Source of the DNA: Candidatus Altiarchaeota archaeon
GTDB taxonomy: Archaea; SpSt-1190
Assembly (NCBI GenBank): GCA_018220935.1
Contig: JAAOXU010000015.1
Coordinates: forward strand, 2,255-66,254
Reading direction: 5' to 3'
Length of the DNA: 64,000 bases
Shown piece by piece: positions 48,864-58,593 of the stretch; the stretch's first letter is position 1; every line of letters begins with the position of its first letter. The notes under the pieces were generated by a model. The model was not told the origin of the DNA. It did no database searches and saw only the letters and a program-made list of their open reading frames with translations. The translations under genes and the position numbers were made by a program.

Positions 48864-49922
48864 TCACAAATAACGTAAAAGTGCGCCAATTCCACCCATT
48901 GAGAGAAATTCAACGCCACTTCCAGGCTCATCGCTAATATACTCAACATCAATATTGTTGTCCTCACCTAATTCTTCAAATTTTTGTAGGACTAAATCAT
49001 CTAACCCTTCACTTAAAATTAAAGTCTCAACGGAACCTTTTAGGATGGCATCTTCCACGCCAACTTTACCATATTCAACGGGCATTCCTTTTGCAATGCG
49101 TTTAAAAAATTCTTCCAATATTCTTTTTTCATGAACTAGTTCAGTTTCAGCTAAAACGTCTTCACTTTTATCAACTAATTCACGCAAACCATACTCATCA
49201 CTATATCCTATGTCTTTTATTGCGATAATTTTTTCCTTTATTCTGTTTGATAAGTAATTATGAAAATCTTCTTTAGTTGGACCTGGTCCCCCTAGTAAAA
49301 TTCCTTTAGTTTCAAAAAGTGTCAAGTTGACGGCGTCAGCCATCATTTTGTAGAAGTCTTTTGCCATACCGTCTCTTACTCTTTCAAACCTTTGTGAACT
49401 TTGCCCTCCAGCTCTTGTTTTTCCTGGAATAATGCTCTTCATACTTTTTAGTACGTCAATTCTTTTACCTCTTAAAATTCCAATGGTTGCACCGCGTTTC
49501 TCAATTACGACTAAACCATAAACGTCTTTAGGTGCTAACATGTCTTTGAATGGCTCTAAATAAAATGTCTGATCGCACCGATAAATTCGAGCTTGTAGTG
49601 GCTCTGGTGGGATAATACTTTCCATTATCCACTCATCTCTCTCGTTTCCAACATTCCCTGCAAATATCGCAATTCCATTCTCTGGGGTCTTCTTAAACAA
49701 AGTTAAATGTTGTAAAATCTTTTCTAAAGCATCAGATACATTCAAACGCGTTTTTTTGCTTTTTATATTGACTGCAGTCCCTTTTTCTTGGGCAACTTGA
49801 TTTCTTATTTTATCTAGGTTGTATCCTGCTGGAACTATGACTGTAACTAGCTCAGTATGCCTTCCCCTATGCTTTTTGAGCTCTTTAATCTTCTTTTTGA
49901 AGTCGATTAGTGATTTTTCCAC
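48864..49922 (-). CDS. prf1: Peptide chain release factor aRF1
   Basis: NIKS, YRCDQTF, GGQS..RF.R, GPGPTK, GGIGALLRY. Confidence 0.97.
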   Translation of the reverse strand: MEKSLIDFKKKIKELKKHRGRHTELVTVIVPAGYNLDKIRNQVAQEKGTAVNIKSKKTRLNVSDALEKILQHLTLFKKTPENGIAIFAGNVGNERDEWIMESIIPPEPLQARIYRCDQTFYLEPFKDMLAPKDVYGLVVIEKRGATIGILRGKRIDVLKSMKSIIPGKTRAGGQSSQRFERVRDGMAKDFYKMMADAVNLTLFETKGILLGGPGPTKEDFHNYLSNRIKEKIIAIKDIGYSDEYGLRELVDKSEDVLAETELVHEKRILEEFFKRIAKGMPVEYGKVGVEDAILKGSVETLILSEGLDDLVLQKFEELGEDNNIDVEYISDEPGSGVEFLSMGGIGALLRYL

Positions 49923-49970
49923 GTATTTCTTTTCAGCACACCTTTTTAAATTAGTTTTTCAAGTGTTATT

Positions 49971-52250
49971 ATGCCTGATCCAAAGTTAAAGGAAAAAAGA
50001 TGGAGCCAGAGCTTTGAGAAAGACCTGTTTAGTAAGTGGCAGTCTGAAAAGCTTTATTCTAAAGACAAATTAAAGGAGGGTCAGGTATTTGTTGTGGACA
50101 CTCCACCCCCATATCCTAGTGGGAGATGGCATGTTGGTGGGGCGCTTCATTTTTGTCAAATTGATATGATTGCAAGATATTGGAGAATGAGTAGACAAAA
50201 TGTATGGTTTCCTATTGGAATTGACCGGAATGGTTTACCAATTGAGAGTAGGGTTGAAAAAGACTTCTCAATTAAGGCTCATGAAGTTCCGCGCGGCGAA
50301 TTTTTAGTTAAGTGTCGCAGAACTCTTGACAAATATGAAAAGAATATTTCAAATATTATGAATATGACTGGGCTTAGTGTTGATTGGTCCAATGTTTATC
50401 GAACTGACTCGCCCGAGTACAGAACTTTGACTCAAAGCACGTTTATTGAACTTTGGAATAATGGTTTAATTTATGAAGATACTAAACCCAATAACTGGTG
50501 TCCTGGTTGTAAGACTACTCTTGCTGATGCCGAAGTAGAATACAGAACACAAAAGGGTAAATTGATTTATGTTAACTTTCCACTAAAAGATGGTGGGAAT
50601 ATTCAAATTGCTACTACGCGTCCAGAACTTTTGGGTGCGTGTCAGGCAATAACTGTTCATCCGAGTGGGAGTAAGTATTCAAATCTTGCGGGTAAGACTG
50701 CAATAGTTCCTTTGTATGATAAAGAGATTTCAATTATTGCTAGGGATGATACTAATCCAGAAGTTGGTACTGGTGCTATGATGGTTTGTTCATATGGAGA
50801 CCAAGAAGACGTTAAGGTGTTTAGGGAACTAAACCTAATTGAGACCATTATTATTGACCAAGGCGGTAAGATGAATGAGTTAGCAGGTAGTTACAAAGGT
50901 ATGACTACTAAAGATGCTAAGGCTGCTGTAATCAAGGACTTAGAAGCTAAGGGCTTTGTTGAGAAAACTGAAAGTGTTGACCAAAATATTCCAATTTGTT
51001 GGAGGAGTAAAGATGATATTGAATTAATTTCTCTCCCCGAATATTACTTAAAACAAGTTGAATTTGTTGACAAAATGCGTGAACTTACTGATGATATAAC
51101 GTTTCACCCACCTAAATTTAAACAACTATTACTTGATTGGTTGGGGTCAATAAGTCAAGATTGGCCAATTAGTCGAAGGAGATTCTACGGAACGCCTGTT
51201 CCTTTATTTATTTGTGAAGATCACGGAAAATTTGCACCTGAACCTGGAGTCTATTATGAGGCCTGGGATATGAAATTAAAGTGTACACAATGTGACAAAA
51301 TGTGTGAAGGTGATACTCGTGTATTAGATACTTGGATGGATTCAAGTGTTTCACCTTTGTGGGTTAGTGGCTATAAGCAAAATGATGAATTTTTCAAAAG
51401 AAGTTTTCCAGTTTTTCTTAGACCCCAAGGTAAGGACATTGTTAGAACTTGGTTAAATTACTCCCTTCTTAGAGTTTATCAGATGACAGGAAAAAAAGCA
51501 TTTGAGCATGTCTGGATTAGTGGACATGTTGTTGATAAAGAGGGTAAAAAAATGAGTAAGTCTCTTGGTAATGTAGTATACCCTGAACCCTTAGTTGAAA
51601 AATTTGGTGCTGATACTCTCAGGTACTATGGTGCTGCTGAGGCTAAATTAGGTTCGGATATTAGGGCTAGTGAAGAAAGAATTGCAGGATCTGCTAAATT
51701 TATTCAAAAATTATACAACGTTTCAAAATTTATCAGTATGTTTGATGATTCTAAAGCTGTAAAACTTGAACCTGTAGATGCGTGGATAATGGGTGAACTT
51801 GCAAAACTCTCATCAAGGTCTATTCGAGGATACGAGGACATGGATGTTTTTGTTCCTGCTAATGAAATTAGAAACTTTGTTTGGGATATTTTTGCATCGC
51901 ACTATATTGAAATGGTTAAAGGTAGGGCATATGAGGGGGATAAATCTGCAAGATACACCCTTCATGCGGCGCTTAGGACTATTCTTAAACTTCTCGCCCC
52001 CATTACACCCTTCATTACTGATTACGTATACAGAGAATTGTATGGTAAGACTATTCACCTAGAAAACTTTGATAAACTTGAAGTTGGTGAAAATTTACCG
52101 ACTAGTGACTTGATTAAGTTCAATGAAAGTGTTTGGGCTAAAAAGAAGGAAGCTGGAATTAGTTTAAGGGATGAAATCAAGCTAAAAGTTCCTGAAATCC
52201 TAAAAACGTACGAAAAAGACCTTATTCGTATGCATAATCTTCGACAATAA
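49971..52250 (+). CDS. valS: Valine--tRNA ligase (archaeal type)
   Basis: DTPPPYPSG.WHVG, ATTRPE, DWPISRRR, DTWMDSS, RPQGKDIVRTW, KMSKS. Confidence 0.95.
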   Translation: MPDPKLKEKRWSQSFEKDLFSKWQSEKLYSKDKLKEGQVFVVDTPPPYPSGRWHVGGALHFCQIDMIARYWRMSRQNVWFPIGIDRNGLPIESRVEKDFSIKAHEVPRGEFLVKCRRTLDKYEKNISNIMNMTGLSVDWSNVYRTDSPEYRTLTQSTFIELWNNGLIYEDTKPNNWCPGCKTTLADAEVEYRTQKGKLIYVNFPLKDGGNIQIATTRPELLGACQAITVHPSGSKYSNLAGKTAIVPLYDKEISIIARDDTNPEVGTGAMMVCSYGDQEDVKVFRELNLIETIIIDQGGKMNELAGSYKGMTTKDAKAAVIKDLEAKGFVEKTESVDQNIPICWRSKDDIELISLPEYYLKQVEFVDKMRELTDDITFHPPKFKQLLLDWLGSISQDWPISRRRFYGTPVPLFICEDHGKFAPEPGVYYEAWDMKLKCTQCDKMCEGDTRVLDTWMDSSVSPLWVSGYKQNDEFFKRSFPVFLRPQGKDIVRTWLNYSLLRVYQMTGKKAFEHVWISGHVVDKEGKKMSKSLGNVVYPEPLVEKFGADTLRYYGAAEAKLGSDIRASEERIAGSAKFIQKLYNVSKFISMFDDSKAVKLEPVDAWIMGELAKLSSRSIRGYEDMDVFVPANEIRNFVWDIFASHYIEMVKGRAYEGDKSARYTLHAALRTILKLLAPITPFITDYVYRELYGKTIHLENFDKLEVGENLPTSDLIKFNESVWAKKKEAGISLRDEIKLKVPEILKTYEKDLIRMHNLRQ

Positions 52251-52289
52251 TCGAGAAAGATATAAAAGCCACATTTGTGGGCAGATAAT

Positions 52290-53597
52290 ATGTCAACTGG
52301 TGTCGAAGCAACTAACGACAGCAAAGATGCTAAAAATCTAAGTGTATATGCCTTAATTACTGATGCGCATCTTGCTTTTAGACAAGTTTCTGATTCACCT
52401 GATCGATATGTTAAACTTGGTATAGTTGACGGTATGCCATATTACAAAAGTGCCCTAAAAAATTTAAGGGATTTAAGACAACTAAAACAAAACGGTAAAA
52501 TTAAAAAAATTGTTTTGATGGGTGATGTTTTTGATCATATTCTTAGTGAAGGTCCAAATATAATTCATGATTATATGGACTTAGGCGAACCTGAAGACTT
52601 AAACGAAACATCTTTTGATATTTCTAATTTTAAGGCATATTACAATATGTATCAAGAACTTGCTAAAGAAATAAGAGATGGTGTTGATGATGGTGATATG
52701 ATTTATGTTATTGGAAACCATGAAGATCCTTCAAAACTAAAAGACCTTGACATAAATTATGTTGATTATTTTGAAGCTGATAATATGAAATTTGTTCACG
52801 GTGATGAACACGACTCCTTACTTGGTTTGGCAGGACTTGCTCCTGATTCGGGGGGTATTCGTGGAAAATTAAAGAGTTGGGCATATAATGTTATGACTAG
52901 AAGAAAACCTGAAGCTGGAATTCGTAGGTTTGTATCTAGTATGATAAAAAATACGACTAGAGTTTATGGTTTAGTAAATTATTTTTCAAATGAAATGTTT
53001 CAAAAGTTAGGTAGTTCATCTTTTGAAAAATACCAAGCAAGTGTTGAGGCTGATCTTGGCCGTGAATTAATTGATACTGAAAAAAAAGTACTACAAGTTT
53101 ATCACGATGATTTTGTAACTAGTGGTTTTGGCCTACATCGTGCTAAAACGTATTTAGATGGACACGCAAAAGAGAATCCAGATAAATTTATTGTGATGGG
53201 TCATGAACACACACCATATATTCATGAGCAAGGTGCAGCATTTTCAAATCTTTATTCGGGGGGCGTTAGTTTTATTGGTAGGGCAAAAAATGGTGAAATT
53301 AGAACTATTCATGGATTAGAAGGTGCAAGTGGGATCTTAGAAGATTCTCCCCATAGCTCATACTCTAAATTATTTAGTAGGGCTGCAATCTCAGAATACA
53401 GAAAAAATAGAACCTCAAAGCACTGGAAGTCACTAGGACTTACAAATGCAGAAGCGTCAGAAGAACATTTAGAATATGTATCAAACCTACTTGAAGAGGT
53501 ATATTCTAATTCCTTATTAGAAGTGCCAGATGATCTTTCTCAAACGGCTCAAGAGACTTCTCATCAATTATCTTATAGTCCTTTAATTCGTGCTTAA
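52290..53597 (+). CDS. Calcineurin-like metallophosphoesterase (LpxH-like motif set), divergent
   Basis: TDAHL, GDVFD, GNHE, HGD, GHEH; start ATG 52290 from TATA spacing. Confidence 0.8.
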   Translation: MSTGVEATNDSKDAKNLSVYALITDAHLAFRQVSDSPDRYVKLGIVDGMPYYKSALKNLRDLRQLKQNGKIKKIVLMGDVFDHILSEGPNIIHDYMDLGEPEDLNETSFDISNFKAYYNMYQELAKEIRDGVDDGDMIYVIGNHEDPSKLKDLDINYVDYFEADNMKFVHGDEHDSLLGLAGLAPDSGGIRGKLKSWAYNVMTRRKPEAGIRRFVSSMIKNTTRVYGLVNYFSNEMFQKLGSSSFEKYQASVEADLGRELIDTEKKVLQVYHDDFVTSGFGLHRAKTYLDGHAKENPDKFIVMGHEHTPYIHEQGAAFSNLYSGGVSFIGRAKNGEIRTIHGLEGASGILEDSPHSSYSKLFSRAAISEYRKNRTSKHWKSLGLTNAEASEEHLEYVSNLLEEVYSNSLLEVPDDLSQTAQETSHQLSYSPLIRA

Positions 53598-54129
53598 ATT
53601 CCTTGAAAATCTTTCTTGGATTACTAGTAACATCAATACTTCTAGCTTTAATTGCAACAAAAGCAAGACCTCCCTTTTTTAGATAGGTCTTAATATTTTT
53701 AATCAGAATTTGAGCTTGATTGGGTTGAGCTACGTCCTGGATTATTAAGTCTACTTCTGGGACTAGGTGCTTATATATTTCTGGTCGGTTTGCATCCTTT
53801 AGTATTGGAACTAAATTTTTTCTAACCTCACTTAGTAAAAGAAAATCTCTTAGTACACGTGGTGCTGGATCAACGCCATATATCATACCGTTTTTTACTT
53901 CATCACTAATGTGACTTGCTGTAGTTCCACTAGCAACTCCTAAGTATAAAACTATCATATCTTCAGTTAATGGAATCTTCATGCCCTTTTGAAGGGCAGC
54001 TCCAACTTTACTACGTTTTGGATCCCAAATTCTAAATTCCTTACCTTTTTTCTTGATAATTCTTTCTCCATACACAAGTTGTCCTTTGACTAAATTCTCA
54101 GTTGCGAAATCTCTTTTTATCCTAATCAT
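53506..54129 (-). CDS. flpA: Fibrillarin-like rRNA/tRNA 2'-O-methyltransferase
   Basis: VYGE, RIWDPKRSK, LYLGVASGTTASH, DVAQPNQ, KARSID, LEPFEKDH. Confidence 0.96.
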   Translation of the reverse strand: MIRIKRDFATENLVKGQLVYGERIIKKKGKEFRIWDPKRSKVGAALQKGMKIPLTEDMIVLYLGVASGTTASHISDEVKNGMIYGVDPAPRVLRDFLLLSEVRKNLVPILKDANRPEIYKHLVPEVDLIIQDVAQPNQAQILIKNIKTYLKKGGLAFVAIKARSIDVTSNPRKIFKEFKHELKDYKIIDEKSLEPFEKDHLALLIRN

Positions 54130-54347
54130 TTTATCTTCTCCTTCACTGCTGTATAAATTAACACTGCTATTAGCAATACGACTTCTAGTATTATGAAAAG
54201 TAGTACACCCACAATTATATTAGGTTCATATATTCTTGCTTGCGCTAAATTGTAAATGGTGTTGGCATAGTAAAAGCCAAGCATAGTTATCAGCACAATT
54301 ACTGATGTGATAATTGTTTCAAAAAAGTCATATTTTGGAATTTTCAA
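54126..54347 (-). CDS. Small 2-TM membrane protein inside the nop5-fibrillarin operon
   Basis: Hydrophobic 73 aa; 4-nt overlaps with both neighbours. Confidence 0.7.
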   Translation of the reverse strand: MKIPKYDFFETIITSVIVLITMLGFYYANTIYNLAQARIYEPNIIVGVLLFIILEVVLLIAVLIYTAVKEKIK

Positions 54348-55276
54348 TTTAATACCTCTTTAATTCGTTTGTTCCAAGATCTTGTGATTGAATCATTAAT
54401 TTTCCCTGAATAAAAATCAATTCTTGATGCTAGTGCCATTTTTGAAGCTAAAGTCCTAGCAAGTCTCCCACGTTTATCTCTTGGTGCTCTGTTAATTACG
54501 GCATGTTGAAATATTACACCGTGTTTTGGTGGTGGTGTTCCCTTTCTTAAATGTTTAAACAAGGCTTTTTCTGCACCAAGTACTTGTATGGTGCTCCCTG
54601 GCATTTCGCTTAACTTCTTTAGACTCCCCGCTCTGTCGACTAACCTTGCACCAAGATTTGCACCTGCAAGTTTTTCTAAATTGGGTGCAACCTCTTTCAT
54701 TAATTTTTCTAAGTATGCTTCTAAGCTCCCTTTTTCTTTGTACATTTCAAGAATCATTTTAGCAGATTTTTGTATTGCCTCTTTATCCTTTTCCGACAAT
54801 TCAATTCCCATGCTTTTACCTCTTTTATCATCTAAAATCTTTTTTAAGAATTTTTCGTGATCTTCTTCTTTTAATTCTGGATAATGTAGGCCATACCACT
54901 CTCGAATTCGGTTTATCATAATGTTGATACTTTTGTTTAAGTCATCAAGTCCTGCAACTGATTGAATTATGATATAATCCTTTCCGATGGCTTTTTTTAG
55001 TAAAATTTTTCCTTCTTCAATCCCAACGAGTCTTGAATATGCCAAATAATCCCTTCGTTTTGTGCCAATTAAACTGGCAGCACGCAATGGATCAAAAAGA
55101 CCATCTTCTACGTCGAGTCCCTTCTTGATTAGTTTTTTTTGCCATTCTTCAAAACTACCGTCATTAAGCTCTATTGCGACCTTTTTTGGGTCTTTTGGGA
55201 GCTCTTTCATCTCAACAATCTGATTTTGCATTGCAATCGCAAAGAATCCATAAGGAGTTTTAGCTAATTTAACCAC
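54344..55276 (-). CDS. nop5: C/D box RNP protein Nop5
   Basis: RIREWYGLHYPEL, APNL, STIQVLGAEKALF, PKHGVIFQH, RIDF; GTG 55276 is 21 nt after TTTAAA. Confidence 0.95.
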   Translation of the reverse strand: MVKLAKTPYGFFAIAMQNQIVEMKELPKDPKKVAIELNDGSFEEWQKKLIKKGLDVEDGLFDPLRAASLIGTKRRDYLAYSRLVGIEEGKILLKKAIGKDYIIIQSVAGLDDLNKSINIMINRIREWYGLHYPELKEEDHEKFLKKILDDKRGKSMGIELSEKDKEAIQKSAKMILEMYKEKGSLEAYLEKLMKEVAPNLEKLAGANLGARLVDRAGSLKKLSEMPGSTIQVLGAEKALFKHLRKGTPPPKHGVIFQHAVINRAPRDKRGRLARTLASKMALASRIDFYSGKINDSITRSWNKRIKEVLN

Positions 55277-55328
55277 ACTCTTTTGTGACACGGCTATTTT
55301 AAAGCATTATTCTTAACGAAAATTAGAC

Positions 55329-56594
55329 TTATGGATAAACTCGATTGATAAATCTTGGAAATGGTAGTGCATCTCTAATATGATCAAGTTTTAGCATTGA
55401 TACGAGAAGTCTTTCAATACCTAGGCCAAAACCACTGTGTGGAACACTGCCGTATCGACGCAGATCAAGATACCACTCATAATCTTTTTGATTTAACTTA
55501 TGCATTTTCATATTTTCAAGAAGTAAATCTAGTTTCCACTCCCTCTCACTCCCACCAATAGTCTCTCCTACGTGGGGTGCCATCAAATCATTATTTAGTA
55601 CGACTTTAGGGTTAGATTCATCGACTTTCATGTAAAAAGCTTTCATTTCTCTTGGATAATGAGTTACAAAAACAAAGCCGTTAAGTTTCTCAACTAAGTA
55701 TCTTTCCTCTTCAGTTCCAAGGTCGTCTCCCCATTTTAGCTTTGGGAATTTATTTTTTACTTCATTAATGGCTTCATCATATGTGATTCTAATCCACTTA
55801 TCCTTAGCCCAAGTCTCAAGTTCGCTTCTATCTCCAAAGTCGTCTAATACATCACTTCGTTCGTCTAATACTTTTTTTATGATGTGTTTTAGGAGGTCTT
55901 CTTGAAGATCCATATTACCCTTGTAATCAACAAAAGCAACTTCAGGTTCAAGGTGCCAATACTCTGTTAGGTGACGTCTCGTTCTTGACTTTTCTGCTCT
56001 AAAACTAGGAGTTAATGCCCAGACTTTTTCAAGAGTTGGCATAAATGCTTCTAAATATAATTGAGCTGATTGACTAAGATATGCTTTGTCTCCAAAATAG
56101 GGCACTTCAAAAAGGGTTGAACCACCTTCACATGCTGAACTTACAAAAATTGGTGGATCTACCTTAAAAAATTCCTTGTTGTTAAAAAATTCAGTTGCAC
56201 CATTTACTAAAGTATTCCTAACTTTAAACACTGACTGAAGTTTACTACTTCTAAGCCAGAGGTGTCTATAATCCATTTCCATCTCAACACTTTTATATCT
56301 ATGAAATGGCCATTTTTCACTCGATTCACCAATTACTAAAATTTTTTCTGCTTGAAGCTCAAAGCCACCGGGTGCTCTCTCGTCTTTTTTGATTACACCT
56401 TTGACATCTATACTAGCCTCAATACTTAATTTTCCGTCAACATTATTTGCACTAGTTACTACTTGCAGTAACCCATTAGCGTTTCGTAATACTACAAAAT
56501 ACTTACCGCTAATATTACGAAGTCTATGAACCCATCCTTTTAGTTCAAGCTTTTGTCCATCCTCTAACTTAATTTTTGAGGCCATTTGTGCCAT
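55329..56594 (-). CDS. asnS: Asparagine--tRNA ligase
   Basis: GWVHR, RHLWLRS, CEGGSTLF, YLSQSAQLYLE, FRAEKSRTRRHLTEYWHLE, YGSVPHSGFGLG; start ATG 56594. Confidence 0.93.
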   Translation of the reverse strand: MAQMASKIKLEDGQKLELKGWVHRLRNISGKYFVVLRNANGLLQVVTSANNVDGKLSIEASIDVKGVIKKDERAPGGFELQAEKILVIGESSEKWPFHRYKSVEMEMDYRHLWLRSSKLQSVFKVRNTLVNGATEFFNNKEFFKVDPPIFVSSACEGGSTLFEVPYFGDKAYLSQSAQLYLEAFMPTLEKVWALTPSFRAEKSRTRRHLTEYWHLEPEVAFVDYKGNMDLQEDLLKHIIKKVLDERSDVLDDFGDRSELETWAKDKWIRITYDEAINEVKNKFPKLKWGDDLGTEEERYLVEKLNGFVFVTHYPREMKAFYMKVDESNPKVVLNNDLMAPHVGETIGGSEREWKLDLLLENMKMHKLNQKDYEWYLDLRRYGSVPHSGFGLGIERLLVSMLKLDHIRDALPFPRFINRVYP

Positions 56595-56658
56595 AGAAAC
56601 TAAAAGTACCGTCCAATAAAAACAGTTTCTGTTATAAAACATCAACAATGTTACTTTT

Positions 56659-58536
56659 GTGGCAAGTAAAAGAGTTTCTGGAGTTAAAGTGTTAGTTCCT
56701 GAATCAACTGCTGAAGTTTTAATTCCTAAAACTACAATTGATCAAGTTATTGGCCAAGAAAAAGCAGTTGAACTTATGAAACGTGCAGCCCTTCAAAGAA
56801 GACATGTACTCCTAATTGGGGAACCAGGCACCGGAAAAAGCATGTTGGCTCAAGGGATGGCTGAACTCTTACCTGTTGAAGAAATGGAAGATATTGTAGT
56901 TTTTCCAAATCCTGAAGAAGATAATCAACCCCTTGTGAGGGGTTTTCCATCTGGTTTTGGGGCTGGAATCGTTCGCCAATATAGAGAACGAGCAAAAACT
57001 GTGTCTTCTTTTAGAAAAACTATACTGACTGGCTTAATGATTGCAATCGCTGTAATTACTTTTTATTATACTTTTATACTTAGAATCCCACAGGCACTAT
57101 TTAGTGGTATTATTGCTGCTGCATTCTTAATGATTTTAGGTCAACAAACTAAACCATCAAGGATAGTTCTTGTCCCCAAACTTCTGCTTAATAGGAGGCC
57201 TCGAGGAAGATCACCCTTTATTGATGCAACTGGTGCACATGAAGGTTCACTTTTAGGAGATGTTAGACATGATCCTTTTCAATCTGGTGGGTTAGAAACA
57301 CCTTCACATGAACGGGTTGAAGCTGGTGATATTCATAGAGCTCACAAAGGTGTTTTATTTATTGATGAAATTGCAACCTTAGGTAAAAAAATGCAAGTTG
57401 ATCTTCTAACTGCAATGCAGGAAAAAAAATATCCAATAACTGGGCGAAGTGAAAGATCTGCTGGGGCTATGGTTAAAACTAGTCCTGCGCCCTGTGATTT
57501 TGTATTAATTGCTGCTGGTAATGTGGTGACACTAAAACACATAAATCCTGCACTGAGGAGTAGAATTCAAGGTTATGGTTATGAAGTTTTTATGAATGAT
57601 ACTGTTAAAGACACTAAAGAGAATGAAGAAAGGTTTATTCGATTTATTGCTCAAGAAGTCGTAAAAGACAAAAAAATTCCACATTTCTCGGCCAAAGGAA
57701 TTGCTGAAATTATTGGTGTTGCAAGGAGAATGGCTAATAGGAAGGATCATCTTACTTTGAGACTTCGAGAACTTGGTGGTGTTGTCCGTGCTGCTGGTGA
57801 TTTGGCGCGTGAAGGTAATGCGAAGTTAGTTGATGATAAACATGTGAGACTTGCAATGAATAGTGCAAGGCCACTTGAGAGTCAGTTAGCCTCAAAATAT
57901 TTAGAAAAGAAAAAAGATTATCAAATAATTGCAACTACTGGTAAAGCAATTGGTAGGGTCAATGGGCTTGCTGTAATTGGGGACGATGCTGGAATTGTTT
58001 TACCGATTGAAGCTGAGGTAGTACCTGGTAGTGGAAACAAGAGTGAAGTTATTGCCACTGGAAATCTTGGAACTATTGCAAAAGAAGCGGTTAGTAATGT
58101 TTCAGCTATAATTCGAAAGTGGTTTGGTCAAGACTTAAAAAAAGATTATGACATTTATATCCAATTTTTACAAACATATGAAGGTGTTGAGGGTGATTCA
58201 GCTAGTGTGGCTGTTGCGGCAGCTATTATATCATCTGTAACTAAAGCGCCTGTAAGACAAGATATTGCCATGACTGGTTCACTTTCAGTTAGGGGTGATG
58301 TATTACCTGTTGGTGGTGTTAATGCTAAAGTTGAGGCGGCAGTTGAGGCGGGTATTAAGGAAGTTATAGTTCCAAGTGCTAACATGAAAGATATTGTTAC
58401 TAAAAAAGCTAACAAAATTAAGATTATCCCAGTTTCAAAATTAGAAGACGTTATTGAAGTCGCGCTGATTGGTAAAAAATTATTATCTCTTAAAAAAACT
58501 ACTAAAAAAACTACAAAAAAGGTAGTAACGGCTTGA
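56659..58536 (+). CDS. lonB: ATP-dependent protease LonB (membrane-anchored)
   Basis: GEPGTGKS, two TM helices, [29 protein letters not shown]. Confidence 0.96.
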   Translation: MASKRVSGVKVLVPESTAEVLIPKTTIDQVIGQEKAVELMKRAALQRRHVLLIGEPGTGKSMLAQGMAELLPVEEMEDIVVFPNPEEDNQPLVRGFPSGFGAGIVRQYRERAKTVSSFRKTILTGLMIAIAVITFYYTFILRIPQALFSGIIAAAFLMILGQQTKPSRIVLVPKLLLNRRPRGRSPFIDATGAHEGSLLGDVRHDPFQSGGLETPSHERVEAGDIHRAHKGVLFIDEIATLGKKMQVDLLTAMQEKKYPITGRSERSAGAMVKTSPAPCDFVLIAAGNVVTLKHINPALRSRIQGYGYEVFMNDTVKDTKENEERFIRFIAQEVVKDKKIPHFSAKGIAEIIGVARRMANRKDHLTLRLRELGGVVRAAGDLAREGNAKLVDDKHVRLAMNSARPLESQLASKYLEKKKDYQIIATTGKAIGRVNGLAVIGDDAGIVLPIEAEVVPGSGNKSEVIATGNLGTIAKEAVSNVSAIIRKWFGQDLKKDYDIYIQFLQTYEGVEGDSASVAVAAAIISSVTKAPVRQDIAMTGSLSVRGDVLPVGGVNAKVEAAVEAGIKEVIVPSANMKDIVTKKANKIKIIPVSKLEDVIEVALIGKKLLSLKKTTKKTTKKVVTA

Positions 58537-58553
58537 ATCCCGTCTTACGGGAT
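58537..58553. repeat. Palindrome ATCCCGT-CTT-ACGGGAT
   Basis: Arms identical to those at 48699-48715. Confidence 0.6.
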
Positions 58554-58593
58554 AATTTGCTAAAGGTTATTTATCCCTAGCTTATGTCCTAAT

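Noticed and set aside
48864..49922. Stop-codon reassignment
   Set aside because: aRF1 keeps NIKS, YxCxxxF and GGQ; TAA, TAG and TGA all end conserved genes at expected positions.
56595..56648. N-terminal extensions of asnS (also ppa 16177-16248, proS 11397-11408, ORF 30680-30736) in the ORF track
   Set aside because: They run through the TATA region; downstream starts fit the about 21-nt spacing and family lengths.
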